This document shows, piece by piece, positions 48,789-57,591 of a stretch of 64,000 bases of DNA. The stretch is from assembly GCA_963674735.2 (NCBI GenBank), contig CAXXQS010000003.1, forward strand, positions 32,001 to 96,000, in the 5' to 3' direction. Position numbers and translations under genes: made by a program. How positions within the stretch are numbered: position 1 is the stretch's first letter; every line of letters begins with the position of its first letter. Below the pieces are notes generated by a model. It saw nothing but the letters and a program-made list of their open reading frames with translations. It made no database searches and was not told the DNA's origin. The DNA comes from Myxococcota bacterium. Lineage in GTDB: Bacteria > Myxococcota_A > SURF-8.

Positions 48789-50741
48789 GTGATGTTGCGT
48801 GCTGGAGCCCATCGTTTGGTCGTTTTGATGGTGCTGCTGGCGCTTCTGGGATGGAGCGTATCGGCAAGCGCCCAGAGCCGGGAGTTTGATATAAGCCAGT
48901 TTTCACCTCCGGTGGATAATTATGGTTTGATCACTCTGGACACCAGCCAAATTTACCATACCTATCGTCTGGGCACCGCTCTTTCATTTAGTTATTACCA
49001 CCATCCCCTGGAGATGGACGTCCTGGCCGCTGACGGCTCGCGTGACAGTGTGGCCCTGGTCAGTGATCGGCTGAAGATGGATCTCGATTTCGCGATTGCT
49101 CTCTGTCCGTATTACGAGATCGGCTTCGACCTTCCGTTTTTGCTTTACGATGATAGCATCAGCTTGATTACCGGAGTTGGATCCACGGGCGCGGCCGTGG
49201 GGGATATTCGCATTCACAACAAAATCCGGGCACTTGATCGCGAGGAATGGCCGGTGGGTTTGGGTGTGATCGCTACCGTGGTGGCTCCCTCCGGCGATAC
49301 TACGCGTTATTTCGGTAATGACGGTGTCGGGGCCGAATTCAAACTGGTGCTCGACGCCGAATTGGGGCCTGTCGTGCTGGCGACCAATTTGGGATATCGT
49401 TTGCGACCGTCGCTGGATGTCTTTGTGATTCGAGATCCGGCGGGCGACGTTGCCTTTACCCAGACGATCGATGATGAGTTGCTTTTCGGATTGGGTGTGC
49501 AGGTCAACACGCCTGTAGACGGTTTGTCTGTTTTGTCCGAAATTCGGGGTGTTACCCAGGCCGAGAATCCGTTCGATCAGCGTTTCAATACACCCGTGAT
49601 GGCAGCGGCTGCGGTGAAATACCTGCTTCCGCTCGGGTTCCTCATTCAAGCCGGTATCGAAGTGGGAATCAGCCCCGGCTATGGCGTTCCGCCCGCATCC
49701 GGTTTTATGACGATTGGCTACACCTGGGATCAGAAAGACCAAGATCGAGATGGCTTGCCGGATGAAGACGATCAATGTCCCGAAGCTGTAGAAGATGAGG
49801 ACGGCTTTGAGGATGAGGATGGTTGTCCGGACCCGGACAACGATCAAGATGGTGTGCTCGATGTCGCGGATGAGTGTCCCGATGATCCCGAGGATGTGGA
49901 CGACTATCGTGAGGAAGACGGTTGTCCCGACCCGGATAACGATCAGGACGGCATTTTGGATGGCGAGGACCAGTGTCCTTTGGCGGCTGAAGATATGGAC
50001 GAAGATCGCGACCAGGACGGCTGTCCGGACTTGGATACCGATCGTGATGGATTCGACGATCTCGACGATAAATGTCCGACCGAGCCAGAAGACAAAGACG
50101 GCTTTGAGGATGAGGATGGTTGCCCGGAACCCGACAACGACCAAGATGGTGTGCTGGACGCGTCTGATCGCTGTCCACTCGATCCCGAAGATCGTGATAA
50201 TTTCAAGGATGAGGATGGCTGTCCCGATCCCGATAATGATCGTGATGGCGTACTGGATAGCCTCGATAATTGTCCGACAACCCCCGAGACGATCAACGGC
50301 AACGCGGACGCCGATGGATGTCCGGACGCCGGTGAAGTGCTCGTTATCGATCGCGGAAATCGGTTGGAACTGAAACAGGACGTCAAGTTCGAAGCCAAGG
50401 CGGCCTTGCTGAAACGCAGCAGCTTCAGTTTGCTGAATCAAGTGGCTCAGACGATCCGGGCGCGTGGTGACCGGTCGCGGGTGTTGATCGAAGTCCACAC
50501 GGCTGCCCAGGGGCGATCGGTAGAAGAAAAAGACCTGGCCCGCTCACGTGGACGCATGATTCGCACCTATCTCGAAAACCGAGGAATTGATAAAGAACGA
50601 TTGGAAATTCGTGCGATTGGCGGCTCCCAGCCGATTGCGAGCAATAAGACGAAAGTGGGGCGCGAAAAGAACGAGCGCATCGAATTCAAGTTGTTGCCTG
50701 AACCCCAAAATAAGGGGTCGGTTTCGAAACCAGGAAAGTAA
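48789..50741 (+). CDS. OmpA family protein: N-terminal beta-barrel, thrombospondin type-3 repeats, OmpA C-terminal domain (TraB-like architecture)
   Basis: Signal peptide (ASA), GDIRI, NLGYR.R, six DxDxDG..D..D.CP...ED.DG..D.DGCP units, F.......S..LLNQVA, G...PIASN. Confidence 0.9.
   Translation: MMLRAGAHRLVVLMVLLALLGWSVSASAQSREFDISQFSPPVDNYGLITLDTSQIYHTYRLGTALSFSYYHHPLEMDVLAADGSRDSVALVSDRLKMDLDFAIALCPYYEIGFDLPFLLYDDSISLITGVGSTGAAVGDIRIHNKIRALDREEWPVGLGVIATVVAPSGDTTRYFGNDGVGAEFKLVLDAELGPVVLATNLGYRLRPSLDVFVIRDPAGDVAFTQTIDDELLFGLGVQVNTPVDGLSVLSEIRGVTQAENPFDQRFNTPVMAAAAVKYLLPLGFLIQAGIEVGISPGYGVPPASGFMTIGYTWDQKDQDRDGLPDEDDQCPEAVEDEDGFEDEDGCPDPDNDQDGVLDVADECPDDPEDVDDYREEDGCPDPDNDQDGILDGEDQCPLAAEDMDEDRDQDGCPDLDTDRDGFDDLDDKCPTEPEDKDGFEDEDGCPEPDNDQDGVLDASDRCPLDPEDRDNFKDEDGCPDPDNDRDGVLDSLDNCPTTPETINGNADADGCPDAGEVLVIDRGNRLELKQDVKFEAKAALLKRSSFSLLNQVAQTIRARGDRSRVLIEVHTAAQGRSVEEKDLARSRGRMIRTYLENRGIDKERLEIRAIGGSQPIASNKTKVGREKNERIEFKLLPEPQNKGSVSKPGK
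49728..50327 (+). repeat. 6 x 33-aa thrombospondin type-3 Ca-binding repeats
   Basis: Six consecutive units, each ending DGCP(D/E), counted in the translation. Confidence 0.9.
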
Positions 50742-50822
50742 GATTTTCATCCGCTTCTTGACGAATTCCGGGGATTTTGCTAGGTTCGCGGTATCTCCGG
50801 TGAAACCCGTATAGCAATCGAG

Positions 50823-51722
50823 GTGCTGATGATTCGCAAAGGCGTTTTTTGGATGGCCCTGATGGGCGTCTGGTTGTGTTTCATCCCGGACAGCTATGCA
50901 GCCAAGTACGATCTTACGCTCTGGCGTTTCTGTGAGCGTGGTCAGGATGGTTGGTGCCTCCCGGATCCGTCCAATAGCACCCAGGTGCTGCCCGACAACG
51001 AGAAATTCAAGTCTTTCGCCAAGCAGTTCGCGGCGGTGCTGGCACCTAAATTCCATGCTCCCGCCGAAACCTTGGGTTGGAACGGTTGGAATCTAGACTT
51101 CGAATTTTCGCTCAATTCCATTCCAGGCGGCGATCACTGGGACGACGCACTTCAGGGAGTCGAACGTATCAATGCCCTTGATGCGCAAAACCAGAAAAGC
51201 AGCTCTTCACCCGGCTTGCTCAATACCGTGCAGTTTCAAGCCCGTAAGGGTCTTCCGTATTCCCTCGAACTCGGCTTGGTCGTGACGTATCTGCTGAGTT
51301 CGGAAATGGTCATGACGGGGGTGGAGGCCAAGTTCGCTTTCGTGGAAGGACTTACTTACGTGCCGGACATGGCCGTGCATATGAACTACAACCATCTGTT
51401 CGGTTCGCCGGATATGGATTTGGATGTTTGGAACTGGGATCTGAGCCTTTCCTACAATTGGGGTGTGGGTGGTTTCATCATGTTTGCGCCGTACACGGGG
51501 TATTCGTTGGTGTACGCGATAGCCGCCCCACATGCCGTGAATTCCAGTTTCGATCCCGATAACAATGATCGCTATCTTATGCTGGATACTCAGCGGCCTC
51601 TGATTCACCGCTGGTTTTTAGGGCTTCGTATGATTGCGGCCCATATCAATTTCACCCCGGAAATTATCATCAGCAGCGCAAAAGTCTATACCTATAGCTT
51701 CAGTTTGGGTGCGAATTTCTAG
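50823..51722 (+). CDS. conserved hypothetical outer-membrane beta-barrel protein
   Basis: Signal peptide (SYA), PAETLG..G, RKGLP.SLE.G, amphipathic strands, C-terminal YSFSLGANF (BAM-type terminal Phe). Confidence 0.75.
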   Translation: MLMIRKGVFWMALMGVWLCFIPDSYAAKYDLTLWRFCERGQDGWCLPDPSNSTQVLPDNEKFKSFAKQFAAVLAPKFHAPAETLGWNGWNLDFEFSLNSIPGGDHWDDALQGVERINALDAQNQKSSSSPGLLNTVQFQARKGLPYSLELGLVVTYLLSSEMVMTGVEAKFAFVEGLTYVPDMAVHMNYNHLFGSPDMDLDVWNWDLSLSYNWGVGGFIMFAPYTGYSLVYAIAAPHAVNSSFDPDNNDRYLMLDTQRPLIHRWFLGLRMIAAHINFTPEIIISSAKVYTYSFSLGANF

Positions 51723-51761
51723 AGTCTTGCCTGTCGGCGAATAAAGATCCGGAAAGGGTTC

Positions 51762-51790
51762 TTGACAAGTCGCTGAAAACAGGACATAGT
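51762..51790 (+). promoter_or_regulatory. sigma70-type promoter for infA
   Basis: TTGACA-N17-CATAGT. Confidence 0.55.
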
Positions 51791-51844
51791 TCAGACCGTT
51801 TTAGACCTCAGCCTGTTGAAAATGATAGACAAGGTTCGATACAC

Positions 51845-52117
51845 ATGGCGCGTGACGACTTAATTCAGTTGGAAGGAACGGTGAGTGAAGTTCTGACAGA
51901 TGGGAACTTCCGCATCGAAACCGAAACCGGGCAGTCTCTTTTGGCACGCCTGGCCGGTAAACTCCGCAAATTCCGTATTCGTGTGATTCTGGGAGACCGG
52001 GTCACCGTTGGAGTTTCACCCTACGATCCTTCGCATGGACTCATTCTCCATCGTCATCGGGATGATTCTCGCGGATTCGGTCCCAATCCGAGGCGGGGCG
52101 GTGGCAGACGCCGCTAG
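51845..52117 (+). CDS. infA: translation initiation factor IF-1
   Basis: MARDDLIQLEG.V.EVL, GKLRKFRIRVILGDRV.V..SPYD...G.I..R. Confidence 0.95.
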   Translation: MARDDLIQLEGTVSEVLTDGNFRIETETGQSLLARLAGKLRKFRIRVILGDRVTVGVSPYDPSHGLILHRHRDDSRGFGPNPRRGGGRRR

Positions 52118-52159
52118 CTTCTTTTCTCGACAAAATCCCCTTGTAGCTTGCTCTTGCCC

Positions 52160-54421
52160 TTACTGGGCCATGGTGGCCATTTGGTACCAGCCGGTATCGT
52201 GCGTCAGTGTGTGCAACCTGAAGGTTGAGAGCTGCATTTGCATCTGAGCGGTCTTTTCCGGCAATTGATCCGACAAGTCGCGTTTTTCTCCCGGGTCGTT
52301 TTCCAGGTCATATAGCTCGAAACGTTGTTCGTTGGCGAATTGGATCAATTTCCAGCGGCCATCGACCAGGGCCTGCAACGACCAGGGGAAAGTCGGAGCC
52401 TTGAGCTTTTCGATATAAACCGGTCCATGTTCCCAGCCATTCAAAATCATCGGCAATAGCGATTGACCTTGCATTGAGTCACGCCCGGATTTTTCTCCGA
52501 CGAGGTCGAGCAGAGTGGGGGCGATATCCACTAGAGCGACGGGATCCGATATCCGTTGCGGCGGCAACATGGAACTGTGGATGATAAGGGGCACGCGAAC
52601 GGATTCTTCATAAATCTGGCTACCGTGGTATTTGCGGCCATGTTCTTTGAATTCTTCCCCATGATCGGCCGTTATGACGATTACGCTGTTTTCGTAAAAC
52701 GGGGTTGTTTTTAGATAATCGATGAATCGTCCAACCTCACGGCTCGATACCCGCACTTCGCCGTCATAAAGATCGATTTGCCGATGTCCGAAATCGGCAT
52801 CTGAGTGACGCAAGTAGAGAAAATGTGGATCGAAATAGTGTAACCACATGAAAAGCGGTTTAGTGGTCTGGTCGAGTTGCTCCAGATGTTCGATGGCGAA
52901 ATCAGTCACCAGGTCGCTTGTCATGTGGCTTTCGGCGTGGCCGCGCTGGCGGAAGGCGCGGTTATCCCACCAATCGGCATTGCGTTGCAGATTGCGTTTT
53001 CTGAAATACCAGTAAGAGAAAATCCCCGCGACATGATAGTCACGGCCTTTGAGATGATCCATAACCGTTGGTGTGCGGGATTTGATTTTTGGGAAGTTGG
53101 CATAGCTACCCCAATGAATTTGGCTGGGGTACAGGCCTGTGATTAGAGATGGAATCGACTGCGGAGTGTTAGGGGCTTGAGCGTAAGTGCTTGTAAAAAC
53201 AACGCTTTGTGTGGCCAGCTCGTCGAGCTCCGGTGTCGTGGGACGTTCATATCCAAGATCTCCCACATGATCGGCACGCAGGGCGTCGATGGTGATCAGG
53301 AAAATGTTGTAAGGTTGGCGAATACTCTCGATACGTAAGGCCAGCATCGGGTCTTTTTCTTGTCGGATTGTCAACGGACGCGCGGAATCGCCACCCATAC
53401 AGTCGTCGTCGATGCCGTTCTCGGGAATTTCCTGGGCCATTGGATGAACGAGTGGATTGTCGTCGTTGCAATCTCCCCCCCGCAAAATAGCGGCGAATCC
53501 ATCCCCGTCTTTATCCGCGATTTTCTGTGTCGCGATAATAAGGGGTTTAGAAAAAAGGGAATGATTACGTAGAATTCCCGCTACTCGAGTTTGCGATGGA
53601 TAAGCGGCTAATGTCGTTGCCAGCATAAAACCGACAATCAGTAACCAAGCCCCGGCCGAGACAAGATTGCTGGTCATGGCCAACGCTTCCTCGCCGGGGG
53701 GAGTCAGGAAGAAAAAGTATAGGGCAAGCTGTGAGAGGAAAAAGAGACCAACCACCATGAATGGGAAAGGGTCGAGGATCTCGAACAGATAACTATTGGC
53801 CAGAACGAGTTGAACGATGATCCCGCTGAGCGTGGTCAGAACCAACAGCACGGCGAGTGGAAAGAGTCGATTCGGAAGCCAGCGTTCGAGTGGTACGGCC
53901 AATCTGGCGACGGAGCGGCTGACTGCCATATAGACGGCTAGGGCGATGGGGAAGAGAAGAAAGAGACACCCGGTGAACACGAAGGCTGCCAGGGGTTTGT
54001 TGTTGTACGCGGTGGAGAAGTGCAGCTGGAGTACGAAAACGGTTACGGTTCCCGATCCGACGGCTACCAGCGTTCCGATCAACCATGCGGCGAACATGCG
54101 GTCGGCTCGTGCGTCGCGGTGACTTAGATATAACAGGGCCAGCAGACGATCGGACGGTCGCACGAGGGCGACCAGAGCCTGCCAGCATGCGCCACCGGCA
54201 AAGCCATAGAGGGTGACGATAGTCCAAAGGAACGAAGTGGACACAAACAGATTCCATATCCATTCTCCAATATGCTGAAAATAAACCGGTGAGCGCAGGG
54301 CAATACTGGCCTGCTCCCCGAGAATGATCACGATGGACGCGATTAGTGCCGATAAGGCAAACCGCCGCCCAGCGAGGCGACTGGCTTTCATCTTCTTGAT
54401 TCTGTGTTTCATGGTCGCCAC
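52160..54421 (-). CDS. membrane-anchored sulfatase-like (alkaline phosphatase superfamily) protein with MopE-like metal-binding motif
   Basis: About 7 TM helices; GGDCND...HP.A.EIP.NGIDDDC; LITIDALRADH, HYFDPH, YDGE, ADHGEEF.EHG..YHG, RVPLI. Confidence 0.85.
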   Translation of the reverse strand: MATMKHRIKKMKASRLAGRRFALSALIASIVIILGEQASIALRSPVYFQHIGEWIWNLFVSTSFLWTIVTLYGFAGGACWQALVALVRPSDRLLALLYLSHRDARADRMFAAWLIGTLVAVGSGTVTVFVLQLHFSTAYNNKPLAAFVFTGCLFLLFPIALAVYMAVSRSVARLAVPLERWLPNRLFPLAVLLVLTTLSGIIVQLVLANSYLFEILDPFPFMVVGLFFLSQLALYFFFLTPPGEEALAMTSNLVSAGAWLLIVGFMLATTLAAYPSQTRVAGILRNHSLFSKPLIIATQKIADKDGDGFAAILRGGDCNDDNPLVHPMAQEIPENGIDDDCMGGDSARPLTIRQEKDPMLALRIESIRQPYNIFLITIDALRADHVGDLGYERPTTPELDELATQSVVFTSTYAQAPNTPQSIPSLITGLYPSQIHWGSYANFPKIKSRTPTVMDHLKGRDYHVAGIFSYWYFRKRNLQRNADWWDNRAFRQRGHAESHMTSDLVTDFAIEHLEQLDQTTKPLFMWLHYFDPHFLYLRHSDADFGHRQIDLYDGEVRVSSREVGRFIDYLKTTPFYENSVIVITADHGEEFKEHGRKYHGSQIYEESVRVPLIIHSSMLPPQRISDPVALVDIAPTLLDLVGEKSGRDSMQGQSLLPMILNGWEHGPVYIEKLKAPTFPWSLQALVDGRWKLIQFANEQRFELYDLENDPGEKRDLSDQLPEKTAQMQMQLSTFRLHTLTHDTGWYQMATMAQ

Positions 54422-54739
54422 ATAATTTTTATAAATTATATTTAATTAATTAAAATTTAGCAAATTAATATTAAAAACAAGTGGTTTGCTGATTCTAAGG
54501 CTCCATTTCTCATTATCCCTAAGGACTTGTTTCATTGTCCATCTCCACAAATCCGGTCTAAATTCCTGAAAATATACATAAATATAGGCTGGAATTGAAA
54601 TCCATATGGTGTGCGCATAACCCTAACCGATGCAGTTTCAACATAAGAGATTTGTTTTTGTTTGATTTGATGGTTCATGATCGGTAAATTGAGTTCATAC
54701 TTTTTTCCCGCGAATTGTTCTTTTGGAAAAGGGGGCACG

Positions 54740-57577
54740 ATGCCGTCATGGAGAGTCACGGGTTGGTTCGGTATGGTTGTCAGCGTGCTGCTAAGCCTAG
54801 GGGCGATTTCCTGCTCCGATGGGGGCCAGGCTGACTCGGCCGATGGCGATCTGCTCGTCGATGGCGACGGCGAAGTGAGCGATCGGGACCAGGATGCTGC
54901 GAGTTACCCCGCAGTCCAGCTCAGACGTGGTAGCGAAGCCGTCGTGACCGCGCTTTTAGGAGAGGAAGCCGGTCCATTTTCGGTTCGCGTACTTACGGAG
55001 GAGGGGGATGCGGTTGTGGACCGGAATGTTGTTTTCGAAATTCTCCGAGGACCGGGACGTTCGAAAGTTACAGGGGCAAGTTTAACGGATAGGCAGGTGC
55101 CGGTGGATTCGACAGGCCTTGCGCAGACCACGCTTCAATTGGAGGCCTCGGGCGAGCCCGGCACGATCGTCATTCAGGCTCGTGACGAGTACAACCTAGC
55201 GACTCCACTCATTTTCCGAGTCATGGCTTTTCGTGAACCCACTCCCGACCGCCGGGCTTTGTGCGTTTTGTCGATCAACGATTTCCACATGCGAATATTG
55301 CCTCAGGAAGGCCCCGGCTTCGATCTGGGGGGCCTGGCTCGCATTGCGGCGCTTTTCAAGTCGATCCGTTCTCAAAACGAGGCGAAAGGGATTGCGACCT
55401 TAATTGTCAATGCGGGTGACGATTTTGAAAACACGCTCTTTCACAATGTTGAGGGAACCATTCCAAAACTATACCAGTTATACGATGCGATGGGCGTGGA
55501 TGTGGTGCAGGTTGGGAATCACGATTATCATTTCGGGGTTCCTTTTTTGGACAAGCAGGTGGCGGAAGCTGAACCGAACTTTACGGGTGACCTTCAAGGA
55601 CATCCGATGGTGTTTTTGTGGGGGAATGTCGATCCGACGACCCTCAAGCCTGAATATGCGGAGTATCGCGACTTATTCGAGCAAGCATTTGATACGGTCG
55701 ATTTCGATGTCAAACGTTACAATCAGACGATTGTCATGGACTTAGATGGCCTGAGCGTGGGGATGCTCGGCGTGACAACCGATGCGTCCATCTATACCCA
55801 GGTAGCGGGCGATCCCACTTTTTATACCTTCGTTGGAGCCCCGACCGAGCATAGTCAGGGAATGACTTTCTTCAATCCGGATCCACGAGAGCATCCCTAC
55901 ATCAATCAAGCCATCGACAGTTTGGATGAAGAGGGTGCCGACTTGATTTTAGTTGCCAGCCACGCCGGATTGGGTTTCGGTGATCGGGTAAATATCCCTC
56001 CGGGAAAAGACGAGCATATTGCGCGCAACGCTCAAGGGATAGAATCCGGCCGTGTCGTGGATGCTATTATCTCGGCGCATTCGCATGTTCAACTTAACCA
56101 CGCGATACAAATCGAAAATCCGGCAGGCGGGATTACTCCGGTTCTACAGGCAGGTGAAGCCGGCCACTATGTTGGTGCCATGATGTTTGAGGTCGATACC
56201 GTTGCCGGTATGGGGGAATGGGTTGACTCCTGCCTGATCCAGGTCGATGCCACCTTACCTGAGGATCCGGAGACGGCCGAGGCGGTAGCTGAGATGACGG
56301 ATGAGGTTGTTTCCACATTCGGTGACGTATTTTCAAATGAAGTGGGTGAGATACCGATCGATCTGGGGAGTCGAGAACGGGCTTTCTGTGCGCTGGGTCA
56401 AGTTGTGGCAGAGAGCTTTTTGTGGAAGCTCGAACAAGATGGGGTTGCCTGTGATGTGGCAATGTCCGTTCCATCAATCTATCGAGCCGATCTGCGCGGA
56501 CCGACTCTCACCGAGAGCGAAATCTATGATGTTGTGCCCTTGCATGTTTTGGATGAGCGCGGGCTAGCCGATGAACCTATTTTGATTCTAGAAATGGTTC
56601 CCGGTATTTACGATTGGTCCGTGTTGAATCTGAGTGCCATGAGCAAAGATCAGGTGAGTGCGGTGGAATTTGTTTTAGAACTGGTGTATTCCATCGAAAT
56701 GCTGGATCAACTCTATCCGTCTGCCAGCACCGAGTTCAATTTGGAAGTCATGCATCTGGCGGGGATGAATTATATGGTCGACTATACCGCTGAACCTTTC
56801 CGGCGGGTTGTGTCGGAATCGTTGCGTATTGCGGATCAACCCATCCAGTTGGATCGCGCTTACCGGCTTGCCATGGTGCATAGCTTGGGGATGAATCTGT
56901 CGTACATTTTCAACTTCCTGGTCACGGCGCGCGACACGGAAGGCAATGCCGTGCAACCGCTGCGGGTATTCGATGTCGAGGGAGAGGAAATCCCGTATCA
57001 AGAGACGACAACTCTTGGCTGGGAAGCGCTGAGAGATTATCTGGAGGCTAAACCGTATGAGATGTTGAATGGTATCCCTGCGGGAGCCGTCGTTCTTGGC
57101 GATTGGTTACGCAGTCGTCAACCGGACCCGGGTTTGAGCCCAAGCGATATTCGCTGGGAGCCGACCAACCCACGTCGGGGTGATTCCGTGGAGATTACGA
57201 TTACCCTTCACAATTTCGGAGAAACGCCTGTCGGATCTGCGGAAGTGGATTTATTCGTGGAATCGACTCCCTGGGATCTGACGGATAATGACGATGCTCA
57301 TCTTTCGGATGAAGGATTTGAAGATAGTTTTTCAGGTTCGCTGATTAACATTGGTAGCCAGACTGTATCACTACCCGCATATCCCGAACTGCGGAATGTG
57401 GTTTTTGGCTGGGAGATTCCGAGTGATTGGCCGCCTTCTGAATATCCGCTGCAGGTACGCATCCATGATGTTGTTGGAGCGGATGAAGATCCCAATACCG
57501 GTGTCTCATATCAAGAGGTGATAACGGGCAATAACGACGGACAGGATCAATCTCGCAGGATTTCAATTAAACCTTGA
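54740..57577 (+). CDS. bifunctional metallophosphatase/5'-nucleotidase family lipoprotein with Ig-like and CARDB-like domains
   Basis: Lipobox AISC; NDFH, NAGD, GNHDY, SHAG, SAHSH, QAG; C-terminal P.P..G..V.I.ITLHNFG and E....NN. Confidence 0.88.
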   Translation: MPSWRVTGWFGMVVSVLLSLGAISCSDGGQADSADGDLLVDGDGEVSDRDQDAASYPAVQLRRGSEAVVTALLGEEAGPFSVRVLTEEGDAVVDRNVVFEILRGPGRSKVTGASLTDRQVPVDSTGLAQTTLQLEASGEPGTIVIQARDEYNLATPLIFRVMAFREPTPDRRALCVLSINDFHMRILPQEGPGFDLGGLARIAALFKSIRSQNEAKGIATLIVNAGDDFENTLFHNVEGTIPKLYQLYDAMGVDVVQVGNHDYHFGVPFLDKQVAEAEPNFTGDLQGHPMVFLWGNVDPTTLKPEYAEYRDLFEQAFDTVDFDVKRYNQTIVMDLDGLSVGMLGVTTDASIYTQVAGDPTFYTFVGAPTEHSQGMTFFNPDPREHPYINQAIDSLDEEGADLILVASHAGLGFGDRVNIPPGKDEHIARNAQGIESGRVVDAIISAHSHVQLNHAIQIENPAGGITPVLQAGEAGHYVGAMMFEVDTVAGMGEWVDSCLIQVDATLPEDPETAEAVAEMTDEVVSTFGDVFSNEVGEIPIDLGSRERAFCALGQVVAESFLWKLEQDGVACDVAMSVPSIYRADLRGPTLTESEIYDVVPLHVLDERGLADEPILILEMVPGIYDWSVLNLSAMSKDQVSAVEFVLELVYSIEMLDQLYPSASTEFNLEVMHLAGMNYMVDYTAEPFRRVVSESLRIADQPIQLDRAYRLAMVHSLGMNLSYIFNFLVTARDTEGNAVQPLRVFDVEGEEIPYQETTTLGWEALRDYLEAKPYEMLNGIPAGAVVLGDWLRSRQPDPGLSPSDIRWEPTNPRRGDSVEITITLHNFGETPVGSAEVDLFVESTPWDLTDNDDAHLSDEGFEDSFSGSLINIGSQTVSLPAYPELRNVVFGWEIPSDWPPSEYPLQVRIHDVVGADEDPNTGVSYQEVITGNNDGQDQSRRISIKP

Positions 57578-57591
57578 TCTGCGAGTTCAAT

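Noticed and set aside
48984-50498. 504-aa antisense ORF over the OmpA gene, and similar shadows over htpG, the S8 gene and 19400-20428
   Set aside because: These are low-complexity mirror translations of Asp/Gly-rich sense genes with no independent coding signal.
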